DNA from: an uncultured bacterium
Lineage (GTDB): Bacteria; Omnitrophota; Omnitrophia; Omnitrophales; Aquincolibacteriaceae
DNA length: 64,000 nt
Reading direction: 5' to 3'
Assembly: GCA_964460795.1 (NCBI GenBank)
Contig: CAYWRU010000002.1
Span: forward strand, 1,173 to 65,172
Shown: positions 25,156 through 34,240 of the stretch, one piece after another
How positions within the stretch are numbered: position 1 is the stretch's first letter
Layout: each line of letters begins with the position of its first letter
Translations under genes and position numbers: made by a program
The notes under the pieces: generated by a model
What the model was told of the DNA's origin: nothing
The model's input: only the letters and a program-made list of their open reading frames with translations
Database searches by the model: none

Positions 25156-25713
25156 TCAGAAACAGGCCTGGGAGAGCATCTTGCGGAATAGTTCGCGGGG
25201 AAATCCAACGACATTGGAATAAGAACCATGGATTTTTTTGACAATTTTGGGGCGGCACTGAATCGCGTAAGATCCGGCTTTGTCATGCACATGAATTCGG
25301 ATAAGGTAATCTTCAATTTGCTTTTTGCTTAATTTCTTAATCCAGACCCGAGTCACAGCAAAAGCCGAATAGCACACCTGAAGTTTCTGGTCTCGCAACG
25401 CGAGCGCGCTGATCACTTCATGAGACTTTCCGGATAAACGGGCCAGCATGGACTTCGCCTCTTTATCCGATCGTGGCTTGCCAAAAACTTTTTTTCCTAA
25501 ACACACGATCGTATCCGCTCCCAAAATCCACCGCGCTTTTTTAGGAATGACTGCCAGGGCCGCTTTTCCTTCTGCGTGCTGCAAAGCAATTTCGAAAGGT
25601 TCGACGCCGGATATTTTCTTTTCGTGATAAACAGATTTCGCGACCTTAAAGGAAATTTTCATTTGCCGCAAAATATCGCGGCGCCGAGGAGATTGGGATG
25701 CGAGATAGAGCAT
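25156..25713 (-). CDS. maf: Maf-like nucleoside-triphosphate pyrophosphatase (septum formation protein Maf family)
   Basis: [18 protein letters not shown]... matches the Maf N-terminal LILAS-SPRR motif. I chose the start at 25713 (ATG sharing 1 nt with the TGA of the upstream GT2 gene) rather than the track's 25770. Confidence 0.8.
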   Translation of the reverse strand: MLYLASQSPRRRDILRQMKISFKVAKSVYHEKKISGVEPFEIALQHAEGKAALAVIPKKARWILGADTIVCLGKKVFGKPRSDKEAKSMLARLSGKSHEVISALALRDQKLQVCYSAFAVTRVWIKKLSKKQIEDYLIRIHVHDKAGSYAIQCRPKIVKKIHGSYSNVVGFPRELFRKMLSQACF

Positions 25714-26396
25714 CAGTCGAAGAAACGGAAGTAGAGGATGGAAAAAATGGCTTTGACGCCGTCGATCCAAGTGATCTTTTTGCCTTCTTCATAACTGCGG
25801 CCGCTGTAACTGATCGGAACTTCATAAATTCGAAAATGATTTTTAGCTACCTTCATCGTAAATTCCGGCTCAAATCCAAAACGATTCGAACGGATCTGCA
25901 CCTTGCCGAGAACCTCCCTGCGGAACATTTTGTAGCAAGTCTCCATATCCGTGAGATTAATGTTCCCCAAAATATCGGTGAGTAAAGTCAGGAATTGATT
26001 GGCTGCATAATGCCAAAAATAAAGTACACGGTGAGGCCCGCCTAAAAATCGTGAGCCAAAGACTATATCCGCACGGCCGTCTAAAATAGGTTCTAGAAGT
26101 TTTGGATATTCCTTGGGGTCATATTCCAAATCTGCATCTTGGACCACGATCACCTCTCCCGTTGCAGATTGAAATCCTGTGCGAAGCGCCGCACCTTTCC
26201 CCTGATTTTCCGCATGATACAAAACACGGAAACCCGGCTGATTTTCAAATTTTTTGAGCAGCTCGCGGGTTCCATCTGTTGAAAAATCATCCACCAAAAT
26301 TATTTCTTTATCGATAGAGACAGACTGCACGCGCCGGATCAAAGACTCGAGCGTTTTCACTTCGTTATAAACAGGAACAACCACTGATAATTTCAT
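25713..26396 (-). CDS. Family-2 glycosyltransferase, polyprenol-phosphate sugar synthase type (DPM1/ArnC-like)
   Basis: 227 aa. [11 protein letters not shown]...[11 protein letters not shown]...[11 protein letters not shown] are the GT-A motifs typical of GT2 polyprenyl-phosphate glycosyltransferases. Confidence 0.8.
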   Translation of the reverse strand: MKLSVVVPVYNEVKTLESLIRRVQSVSIDKEIILVDDFSTDGTRELLKKFENQPGFRVLYHAENQGKGAALRTGFQSATGEVIVVQDADLEYDPKEYPKLLEPILDGRADIVFGSRFLGGPHRVLYFWHYAANQFLTLLTDILGNINLTDMETCYKMFRREVLGKVQIRSNRFGFEPEFTMKVAKNHFRIYEVPISYSGRSYEEGKKITWIDGVKAIFSILYFRFFD

Positions 26397-26553
26397 GACG
26401 AACTCCTATTGGTCGTCATCCTGATCCCGCTAAAGGCGGGAGAAGGATCTCGGCCCCTTTGACTCGTGGTTCGACCTTCGCTCACCACCCTGAGCGGCGT
26501 CGAATGGGCTCAGGGTGAGCCCTTCGTTTGAAGAAATAAAGTATTGCGAGTGC

Positions 26554-28401
26554 TCATTTTAACCGATAGAGGGTGTAGGAGCCATCTCGAAATAATAATT
26601 GGCCATGATTCTTCATAAAACTCCAAAACACAGGCTGCTCGGCAGGCCAGAGACCCCAATCCGGGGATTTTATATACCCTTCATCCATTAAAAGAAGCGT
26701 GATGTTTCTGTCCTGAAAAAACCGCTGTACGGCCGCTTCGGAAATATTTTGTTTTAAAGCGTGATCCAGGTTCCAACGCTCAAAAATAAAATCAGATTCG
26801 AAAGGATGGTCAAGGTAATATCCGTAATTTTTCATATTGAGGAGATACAAATGGTCTTGCGGCCCTAGAGTCTGATTGGCTGCCCAATACATTTTTGCCG
26901 GAAGAATCCTCTCGGCTATGTAATTCATGCGGGATTCCCGGCCCGTCCAAAAAGGAATCGGTTTAAGCTTGAGCACCTGATAAATTCCCAGTCCCGCCAT
27001 GACACAAAGATAAAGGGTTAAAAGAATATTGATCCCTCTTGAACGAAAAGAGGAAAAACCCACAGCCAAAAGACAGCAAAGCGCAGGAAGAACCGGCAGG
27101 AGAAATCGAACTTGCTTGGTGGTGAAAGCCCAGTAATATAAAAAAAGAAGTGAAAAAATTCCAAGAGTCTTTGCATGATCATCCGCTTTGAAACGACGGA
27201 ACCCAAAAGGAAGGAGAAGGAAAATGGGGCCGATGATGCCGTCATACCAAGGGATGGAATTCAGGCGCGCCAAGACAAAAACTAAAAATGGCGCAACCAA
27301 AGAATGCAGAAGGGATTCATGTCCGAGCGGTGTTCCAAACTGGGCAAGCCACGCTAAGAATAATTGTGCCCGTTCCGGATCCCAATTAAAACCCGGATGA
27401 AGTGAAAATCCGGGAAGTGAAAAAGGATAAAGCGGCCATCCTGTCTCCTGCCAATTTCTCCACAAATAGGGTGCCGCAGGAAGCATCAGCAGTCCTAAAG
27501 CAGCCGCCAGCCCCTGGATCGGCAGCCTTTTTTTTTGCTTTAAACATAAGATCAGAAGCATCACAATTAAAATCATGCTGTATTGAAGCCCCGTGTACTT
27601 TACCGCAAAAGCACCTCCGGCCATGAGTCCTGCAAAAGCAACTAACTTAGCGTCTGATCGCTTCACCCCTTCAATTAATGCCGCGAGTGCGAGCCAGGCA
27701 TAGAGCGTATAAGCCAGATCTACATAAGCCCAGGACTGAATCACCATTACGCTGGGGATGGTCAGGAAAAGTGCGGACGCTAATCCTGCGTGCGGCCGAT
27801 CGGTCATGCGCCGCGCGAAGCCGTAAATGGAAAGGGCGAGTAAAAAACCCCAGAGCGAATGAAAAATTCTGGCTGAAGGCTCTCCCCATGTCCCTAATCC
27901 AAAAATAAAAAACATGTCAGCCAAACCCGGGAAATAGGCATAAATATTATTCGGAAAAGCTGACCATCCCCCTTCCAATAAAATTCTTTTGGGCACAGCA
28001 AGATGATAAATAAGTTCATCCACAGAAAGAGCTGGAAGAAGTGCGGCCAAAAAAATCCACGCGTAATAGACCCCTAAAAAAACAGCAGGAAAGATCCAAT
28101 ACCGGAGTTCCGGAGAGCGTTCGCGGATCGCCAATCCTAAAGAGGAAACCGCAGAAAAAGCGCACAACATCAATAGGGCGTAAACGCCTAAAAGGGTATA
28201 TAGACTGAGGAAGTGGCAGACGACCAAAATCTGAACGACTGTTGAAGTGATCATGAGTCCCGCAGCTGAAGCAAAAGCAATCTGAAGCGCGGGATGAAAC
28301 GGCGCGAGCAAGCGGTGAAAAAGACGGTTGCCTATTTTCCAGGATCCCAGTCCAAAAACTGCCAGCTGGCTTAATAGAAAAAGAGAGTAGTAACCCATCA
28401 T
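26554..28401 (-). CDS. Polytopic GT-C-fold membrane glycosyltransferase (ArnT / protein O-mannosyltransferase GT39/GT83-like)
   Basis: 615 aa with more than 10 hydrophobic helices. A first-loop acidic motif SVDELIYHLAVPK resembles the DE motif of PMT/ArnT enzymes. The C-terminal domain is soluble. Confidence 0.6.
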   Translation of the reverse strand: MMGYYSLFLLSQLAVFGLGSWKIGNRLFHRLLAPFHPALQIAFASAAGLMITSTVVQILVVCHFLSLYTLLGVYALLMLCAFSAVSSLGLAIRERSPELRYWIFPAVFLGVYYAWIFLAALLPALSVDELIYHLAVPKRILLEGGWSAFPNNIYAYFPGLADMFFIFGLGTWGEPSARIFHSLWGFLLALSIYGFARRMTDRPHAGLASALFLTIPSVMVIQSWAYVDLAYTLYAWLALAALIEGVKRSDAKLVAFAGLMAGGAFAVKYTGLQYSMILIVMLLILCLKQKKRLPIQGLAAALGLLMLPAAPYLWRNWQETGWPLYPFSLPGFSLHPGFNWDPERAQLFLAWLAQFGTPLGHESLLHSLVAPFLVFVLARLNSIPWYDGIIGPIFLLLPFGFRRFKADDHAKTLGIFSLLFLYYWAFTTKQVRFLLPVLPALCCLLAVGFSSFRSRGINILLTLYLCVMAGLGIYQVLKLKPIPFWTGRESRMNYIAERILPAKMYWAANQTLGPQDHLYLLNMKNYGYYLDHPFESDFIFERWNLDHALKQNISEAAVQRFFQDRNITLLLMDEGYIKSPDWGLWPAEQPVFWSFMKNHGQLLFRDGSYTLYRLK

Positions 28402-28508
28402 GATGCTAGTGGTTCAACTAAATTAAAATTATCTGCAGATGATTTCAATCTTCGCTCACCACAGTACTGAGCTTGCCCCTAAAATTAATTTTGTCGAAGT
28501 ACTAGGTT

Positions 28509-29144
28509 TTAGTGAGACAAATAAGCCACAACTTGATAATTCTGCTTATCTTTTGCCGTAAAATTTCGAAGAATCACGCGGACATAGGGACCAAAAACTG
28601 GGGTGTATAAACATCGGGAGTGGGTTCGTCCCGTGGAAAGTTTTGTAAAAGTCGCCCGTCCCTCACTGCCGTCGTCATTCACGGTCACATTTCCAAATTC
28701 CTGAGCCCCCTGATGATTCATCCACCGCGGCTGATCATCTCCAAACGCCATCAATTTGGCTGCGCTCCCAATCTCCGCCGAAAAAAAAGCATCCAGCTGA
28801 TACAAAATTGGCGGTTCAGCGGTTGCAGATTTTATTTTGATGCTGGAATCATCCGTGGAAGTGACATAGAACGTAACGCTCCGATAGGCGCGCACATCGA
28901 TGTAATCCGATTCATAAATGCCATTGAGTTCAAGAGAAACATCCGGGGTCATTTCCATAACTACACCTTCCTCTTGAGTGGCAACTTTCACGGGCTGATC
29001 AACGACTTCCACTTTTTGAGGCGTATCCGGAGACTGGGTGGCAACGCCTAAATCGATAGCAAATAAAGGAGCTGTACTTATCATTCCGAGCCAAGCCACA
29101 GCCGCGGCAACTCTTCGAATCTTCTGAAAAGGCGCTTGTTTCAT
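28509..29144 (-). CDS. Hypothetical secreted protein
   Basis: 211-aa ORF with a signal peptide (RRVAAAVAWLGMISTAPLFA). No motif recognised. Confidence 0.55.
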   Translation of the reverse strand: MKQAPFQKIRRVAAAVAWLGMISTAPLFAIDLGVATQSPDTPQKVEVVDQPVKVATQEEGVVMEMTPDVSLELNGIYESDYIDVRAYRSVTFYVTSTDDSSIKIKSATAEPPILYQLDAFFSAEIGSAAKLMAFGDDQPRWMNHQGAQEFGNVTVNDDGSEGRATFTKLSTGRTHSRCLYTPVFGPYVRVILRNFTAKDKQNYQVVAYLSH

Positions 29145-29231
29145 ATGTCAGAATGATCGGCAAAAACACAGAAAACAAAAGGCAGGGCTCTTTCTTCAGA
29201 GCTTCAAAGCGAAGGAGGGCTGTTGGATTTA

Positions 29232-29597
29232 TTAAGCTTTTCCCGAAGACCAGCGGATGGATTGATCCAGAGGTTTGTCCTGAATCACTTTGACGCTGAT
29301 TTTTGTCCCATCACACCAGGGCCATAAAAGAGCAATTTCCTTCCCTGAATTTCCATTGTGAAGATAAAGCTGCTGATTTTTTCGTACTCCTCCCCATCGA
29401 TCGGTCACGGCCTGAACCTCAGGGGTGACTCCGTGCTGAAGATCCTGTCGAGGGCCAAAATGCGCCTCAAATATTTTTGCCAGCTGCCCGACATGCTCTG
29501 CCTTGATCACAAACTCACAAAAGTCATGGAGTTCAAAACGCCACTCGTCCACCGGCAGCTTTTCTTTGATTTCTCGTCTTAATTCTAAAAAATCCAT
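29232..29597 (-). CDS. Hypothetical protein
   Basis: 121-aa ORF, co-oriented with its neighbours. No motif recognised. Confidence 0.45.
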   Translation of the reverse strand: MDFLELRREIKEKLPVDEWRFELHDFCEFVIKAEHVGQLAKIFEAHFGPRQDLQHGVTPEVQAVTDRWGGVRKNQQLYLHNGNSGKEIALLWPWCDGTKISVKVIQDKPLDQSIRWSSGKA

Positions 29598-29616
29598 TAA
29601 ACACTTCTTTGTAGGG

Positions 29617-29699
29617 TTTCAGTGATCAGATATCGACTTCAGACCGTACCGGTTAACAAGTTTTAAAATCTGACAGCTGAGGGTTGAAATCTGATATCT
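29617..29699. repeat. Stutter-arm inverted-repeat-like element (CAGATATC word)
   Basis: The sequence is tttcagtgatcagatatcgacttcagac ... tctgacagctgagggttgaaatctgatatct, lying upstream of the 29232-29597 ORF. Pairing is imperfect and offset. Confidence 0.4.
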
Positions 29700-29998
29700 A
29701 AAACTGTTCTTTTAGTTTTTCTTCGCGCCAAATCTCCGGTACCCAATTATCGGCAAAAAACCGTGAATCCGTGAATGGTTTTTGAAAAAATGCCGGAGCC
29801 AAGGGTTGTGAGGAGGAATTGCTCGATCGGGGGGATGATTTTTTTCGAACTTTTTTCATAACAGTCTCCCTGAGGCAGTAGGTTCTCAAAAAAGGTTACT
29901 ATAAAAAAAGTACCTGATTTTAATGCAGAGTGCAAATTTTGGAATAAAAGGATAAGAGCCGAAGAAATCCAACACCGAAATATACGCTATCTTCCGTT

Positions 29999-30544
29999 TC
30001 ACACCGAACTATTGGAATGCCCGTCACCGCCAAACCGGAAACAAAGGCGGCTGGGTTGTCCGGTAAAATCATACTCTTTACTGCCAAAAAACTGGCTGAT
30101 CGGAGAGTCCCATCCCGCTCGAGGGCGCCGCGGGTTTACTTCATAGATAAATGTCCATTCTCCGGTGCGGGAATTGACCCGGTAAGTTGCATATTTTTCC
30201 CGGCGTTCCCAGATATCTTCTCTCACTCTTCGATAGCCTCGAAGCTGAAGAAATCGAATAAGCCCCTTCATCCAAATCTTTTGAATATTTTGAAAAATAC
30301 GAATCACTTGCTCGTCCGTCTTGGACGCCGAAGATCTTTGCATCATGGCATCAATGGTAGCCGGCGGTGCAGAGGGGGAAGGCAGAACTCGAATCACAGC
30401 AGCTAAGGAAACCACCATCAGAATCAGCGCAAAATATTTAATGCTTCGAGCCGGACGGAATAATCGGCGAGCCGCTGCAGAACTGGGAGCAGAAGTTTTT
30501 TCTGAATTCAGAACCGGCCATTGGAACTTTTTCATGAATGACAC
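29999..30544 (-). CDS. Hypothetical membrane-anchored protein
   Basis: 181-aa ORF with a single TM helix (YFALILMVVSLAAVIRVL). Confidence 0.45.
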   Translation of the reverse strand: MSFMKKFQWPVLNSEKTSAPSSAAARRLFRPARSIKYFALILMVVSLAAVIRVLPSPSAPPATIDAMMQRSSASKTDEQVIRIFQNIQKIWMKGLIRFLQLRGYRRVREDIWERREKYATYRVNSRTGEWTFIYEVNPRRPRAGWDSPISQFFGSKEYDFTGQPSRLCFRFGGDGHSNSSV

Positions 30545-30662
30545 CTTCTTTCTTGGCTTATTTAACCCCTAAAGAAAGTCTACATGGGCTCTATGAAAAT
30601 AAAATGGCTAGATTGGGAATACAATGAAATAGATGTAAATGTTAGAAACTACTCTGAAAAGA

Positions 30663-33488
30663 CTAGGATTGAAATACGGCAAGAAGCTCTTGCTGGGCCT
30701 TAGCCACCTTCTGAGCATCCAAAAGCTTGGCCTTTTCCTGCTCTACTACTTCCGAGGGCGCATTGCGGACAAAATTCTCATTGGAAAGCTTCTTGGAAAT
30801 GCCTGCGATCCAGCCTTCTAATTCTGCAATTTTCTTCTGAATTCTCTTGCATTCCTCTTCATAGTTCACAAGCCCTTCAATGCGGATATAGATTTCAAAA
30901 TCCTTGAAGGCATTGCCAATATAGGCTCTGGATTTTTTAAAATGAGGTTCTGCTTTAAGCTCTTCCAAGCGGCCCAAGATTTTCATTTGAGGAGTAAAAA
31001 TACGAAAAACCTCCGACGCCTTCGAATGGGACGTCACCACGACTGCTTGGACCGTTTGGGACGGCGGCAAATTCACACGAACGCGTAAATCTCGAATGCC
31101 GCTCACCGCGCTTTGAAGCCATTCGATTTCTTTTTCAGCTTCGGAATCAGAAAAAGGGATCGTCCCTGCAGCAGGGCCTGTCCCTGATTTGGCCGGCCAC
31201 GGGGCAAGCATAATGGACTCAGGCCACGCCGAAGATTCACTAGATATGGATTTAAGATGCTGCCAAAGTTCTTCCGTAATAAACGGCATCCAAGGGTGAA
31301 GCAATCGCAGGATATTTTCCAGCACCTCAAAAAGAACCGCCCGCGTTTCGGCTTGCTCTTTAGCCGTTCCATGATCTAAAACAGGTTTCGAAAGCTCGAT
31401 AAACCAATCACAATAATCATTCCAAACAAAATGGTAAAGTTCGGTTGCTGCCTGAGCGAGTGCAAATTGACTGAGATGTTTTCCCACTGTTTCCGCCACG
31501 TGATTCAGGCGGGATAAAATCCAGCGATTGGGCAATAAACGGCAGTTCTTAGTGCTCAGACTATAGTCTATAGACTGTGGACTAGGGACTGTGGTCTGCA
31601 GTTTTATCATGACAAAACGCGAAGCATTCCAAAGTTTATTGGTGAAATTACGGCCCACTTCAAACTTTTCGCGAGAAAGATAAACGTCCTGAGCTGAGAG
31701 CATGATCATGCTGAAACGAAGCGCATCCGCCCCCATTTCATCAATGACTTCCAGCGGATCAATCGAATTACCCAAAGACTTTGACATTTTGAGCCCGCCT
31801 TCGGCCCTCACTGTCCCATGGATTAAAATCCGGCTGAACGGAACTTCCCCCCTAAACTCCAAGCCGGCCATGATCATGCGCGCGACCCAGAAAAAGATAA
31901 TTTCAGAGGCCGTCACTAAATCCGAGGTAGGATAAAAATGCGCGAGATCATTTGTTTTTTCCGGCCAGCCCAAAGTAGAAAATGGCCAGAGCCAGGAAGA
32001 AAACCAAGTGTCCAATACATCGGGGTCCTGCTTCAGATCTGTGCCGCCGCACGTGGGGCATTTCGAGGGTGTCTCCCGAGAGACGATCACTCCCTTCGGG
32101 GAGTCCATAGTCAATGGTCCATAGTCCATAGTGTTTTTGTTTTGGTTGTTACCTATAGACTGTGGACTATAGTCTATGGACTTGCATTTCATGCAGTACC
32201 ACACCGGCACCTGATGCCCCCACCAAATCTGGCGCGAGATACACCAGTCACGAATTCCTTCCAGCCAATTCGTATAAACTTTAGTCCAGCGGTCCGGATA
32301 AAATTTTGTTTTCCCTTCGCGGTGAGCCTTGAGCGCTTTTTCTGCAAGCGGTTGCATTTTGACAAACCACTGCTTGGAAAGATACGGCTCCACCACGGTA
32401 TGACATCGGTAACAATGTCCCACTGCATGTTTGTGTTTTTCTTTTTTGATGAAAAGCCCAAGAGTCTCAAGATCTTCAATGATTTTTTTACGCGCTGCAA
32501 ATCGTTCCAGCCCCTTGTACACTCCTCCGTTTTCATTGATATGTCCGTCCGGAGTCAGAACATTGATGCGTTCGAGGTTGTGGCGATTCCCCATCGCAAA
32601 GTCATTGGGATCATGCGCAGGTGTGACTTTTACCATGCCGGTGCCAAATTCCCGGTCCACAAAAGTATCGGTGATGATGGGGATCTCCCGATTCATTAAC
32701 GGTAACAGTAACTTTTTACCGTGAAGATGCTGGTAGCGCGGATCCTCCGGATGAACCGCCACGCCGGTATCGCCTAGCATGGTCTCAGGTCGCGTCGTGG
32801 CCACCACAATAAAATCCTTTTCTAGATTTCCACCTTTAATTGGATATTTGATGTGATAAAACCCGCCTTCCACTTCTTTATGTTCAGCCTCTTCATCGGA
32901 GAGTGCAGTCTGACAACGCGGGCACCAGTTGATAATGTAATCGCCCTGATAAATCAGCCCACGTTCATAGAGAGTGACAAACGCTTCGCGAACAGCCTTG
33001 GAAAGTCCTTCATCCATGGTGAATCGTTCGCGCGACCAGTCACAGGAAGCGCCGAGCCGTCGAAGCTGCTTCGTGATCGTGCCGCCGTATTCATTTTTCC
33101 AATTCCAAACCTGCTCGAGAAATTTTTCTCGGCCCAGCTGCTGACGGGTGATTTTTTCCTTCGCGAGTTTTTTCTCGACCACATTCTGAGTTGCGATTCC
33201 CGCATGATCCACTCCCGGAATCCAGAGCGTGTCGCGGCCTTTCATGCGATTCCAGCGCGTCAGAACATCCTGAATCGTGTTATTAAGCGCATGCCCCATA
33301 TGAAGAATGCCGGTGACATTCGGAGGAGGAATGACAATGACATAATTCGGAATGCGGATTTCGGATTGCGGAATATCGCGCTTCTGATCAGAAGCAGGTT
33401 TGAAGTAACCCTTGGACTCCCAAAGCGTGTACCACTTGGTCTCTACATCTTTGGGATTGTAACGATTTGATAAAGTTAAATTGTTCAT
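30663..33488 (-). CDS. valS: Valine--tRNA ligase
   Basis: 941 aa with HIGH (LHMGHALN), KMSKS (LKMSKSLGN), DVLDTWFSS and a C-terminal coiled coil. It carries two in-frame repeat insertions. Confidence 0.95.
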   Translation of the reverse strand: MNNLTLSNRYNPKDVETKWYTLWESKGYFKPASDQKRDIPQSEIRIPNYVIVIPPPNVTGILHMGHALNNTIQDVLTRWNRMKGRDTLWIPGVDHAGIATQNVVEKKLAKEKITRQQLGREKFLEQVWNWKNEYGGTITKQLRRLGASCDWSRERFTMDEGLSKAVREAFVTLYERGLIYQGDYIINWCPRCQTALSDEEAEHKEVEGGFYHIKYPIKGGNLEKDFIVVATTRPETMLGDTGVAVHPEDPRYQHLHGKKLLLPLMNREIPIITDTFVDREFGTGMVKVTPAHDPNDFAMGNRHNLERINVLTPDGHINENGGVYKGLERFAARKKIIEDLETLGLFIKKEKHKHAVGHCYRCHTVVEPYLSKQWFVKMQPLAEKALKAHREGKTKFYPDRWTKVYTNWLEGIRDWCISRQIWWGHQVPVWYCMKCKSIDYSPQSIGNNQNKNTMDYGPLTMDSPKGVIVSRETPSKCPTCGGTDLKQDPDVLDTWFSSWLWPFSTLGWPEKTNDLAHFYPTSDLVTASEIIFFWVARMIMAGLEFRGEVPFSRILIHGTVRAEGGLKMSKSLGNSIDPLEVIDEMGADALRFSMIMLSAQDVYLSREKFEVGRNFTNKLWNASRFVMIKLQTTVPSPQSIDYSLSTKNCRLLPNRWILSRLNHVAETVGKHLSQFALAQAATELYHFVWNDYCDWFIELSKPVLDHGTAKEQAETRAVLFEVLENILRLLHPWMPFITEELWQHLKSISSESSAWPESIMLAPWPAKSGTGPAAGTIPFSDSEAEKEIEWLQSAVSGIRDLRVRVNLPPSQTVQAVVVTSHSKASEVFRIFTPQMKILGRLEELKAEPHFKKSRAYIGNAFKDFEIYIRIEGLVNYEEECKRIQKKIAELEGWIAGISKKLSNENFVRNAPSEVVEQEKAKLLDAQKVAKAQQELLAVFQS
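31557..31601. repeat. Family-A half element (right-arm type), in frame inside valS
   Basis: The sequence cagactatagtctatagactgtggactagggactgtggtctgcag encodes [16 protein letters not shown] in the anticodon-binding region of ValRS. Confidence 0.6.
32102..32181. repeat. Family-A palindromic element, full copy, in frame inside valS
   Basis: The sequence is gtccatagtcaatggtccatagtccatagtg / tttttgttttggttgtta / cctatagactgtggactatagtctatggac. The arms match 24 of 30 as an inverted repeat. It encodes [28 protein letters not shown] between the CxxC pairs of ValRS. Confidence 0.75.
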
Positions 33489-33697
33489 CGTCTATCAGGC
33501 GGAAGAGGCGAGTCAGGATCTATTACCACTTGAGCATCAAGCGGACTATTAGGATTCTTGTCAGGCTTTGGTCCATCACCAGGTTTATAATTTGGATTTT
33601 TGGGTCGAATATTTTTCTGAAAATATAAAAAAGCGACTATTAATCCTAAAGCACCTACTGCAAGGCCAAACCAGACATAGACATCTTTCAAATTCAT
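33485..33697 (-). CDS. Small membrane protein with a Pro/Asn-rich tail
   Basis: 70 aa with a TM helix ([19 protein letters not shown]). It has a 4-nt overlap with the valS start. Confidence 0.45.
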   Translation of the reverse strand: MNLKDVYVWFGLAVGALGLIVAFLYFQKNIRPKNPNYKPGDGPKPDKNPNSPLDAQVVIDPDSPLPPDRR

Positions 33698-33716
33698 AAA
33701 CTATTCCCGGGGCCTT

Positions 33717-33950
33717 TTAGAAGCGGAGATCTGACATTTTTCCGGTTGCGGTATTTTCAACCGTCAGCTTGCCATTCCTATTCAGCTTGAGCTGTTTGTT
33801 GGCATTGAGAAGTTCAATGCCGTAGACAGTGCCATCCGGTGACAGATCTACATTGCAGGAGTCGCTTACCTTCAGAGTCTGAACACGGGACTTTTTTGCC
33901 TGCAAATAAATATAGGCAATGTTGAGCTTGGGGTCATAGGTAAGCTTCAT
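33717..33950 (-). CDS. DUF2283-family protein (putative antitoxin-like partner)
   Basis: 77 aa. MKLTYDPKLNIAYIYL...DLSPDGTVYGIELLNA is the characteristic YD-x-D-hhYI ... G-x-hhGIEhL pattern. Confidence 0.6.
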   Translation of the reverse strand: MKLTYDPKLNIAYIYLQAKKSRVQTLKVSDSCNVDLSPDGTVYGIELLNANKQLKLNRNGKLTVENTATGKMSDLRF

Positions 33951-33960
33951 ATATTATCTC

Positions 33961-34212
33961 CTAGAAAAATCGTGTGATAACCGTTACCACCAGCCATCCA
34001 TGCGTTTCTTTAACTGCAAAAACTTCCACCTGTTTTGTGGAGTAGACTCTATCCTGCCAAGATTTATGAAAAGGAAAGTTTCTTCGAAATCCACATCTTC
34101 CGAATTTTGCTGGGAACATTTCGCCTGATTCAATAGCCAACCGAACTTCTTCTTCAGTTGCTCCGCGTTCAACTAATCGCTCACGCGCATGCGGATGGAA
34201 CCGAATCTTCAT
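33961..34212 (-). CDS. DUF4258-family protein (putative toxin-like partner)
   Basis: 83 aa. The N-terminus IRFHPHARERLVERGATEEEV is typical of DUF4258. It lies 10 nt upstream of the DUF2283 gene. Confidence 0.55.
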   Translation of the reverse strand: MKIRFHPHARERLVERGATEEEVRLAIESGEMFPAKFGRCGFRRNFPFHKSWQDRVYSTKQVEVFAVKETHGWLVVTVITRFF

Positions 34213-34240
34213 TTTTAAAACTTCCCTTCTAGCACCTTCT

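Noticed and set aside
25133-25172. An inverted repeat straddling the maf stop codon, as a possible intrinsic terminator separating maf from the giant gene.
   Set aside because: The stem is only 4-6 bp plus a bulge, the loop is too short if fully paired, and the downstream U-tract is weak (AUUUUGG). There is not enough support to call it.
26400-26530. A GGTTCGACC T-loop-like sequence suggesting a tRNA in the GT2/GT-C spacer. Other spacers longer than 70 nt were also inspected for tRNA or rRNA.
   Set aside because: No complementary T-stem or acceptor stem can be drawn around it. No spacer in the window shows a cloverleaf or rRNA-like conservation.
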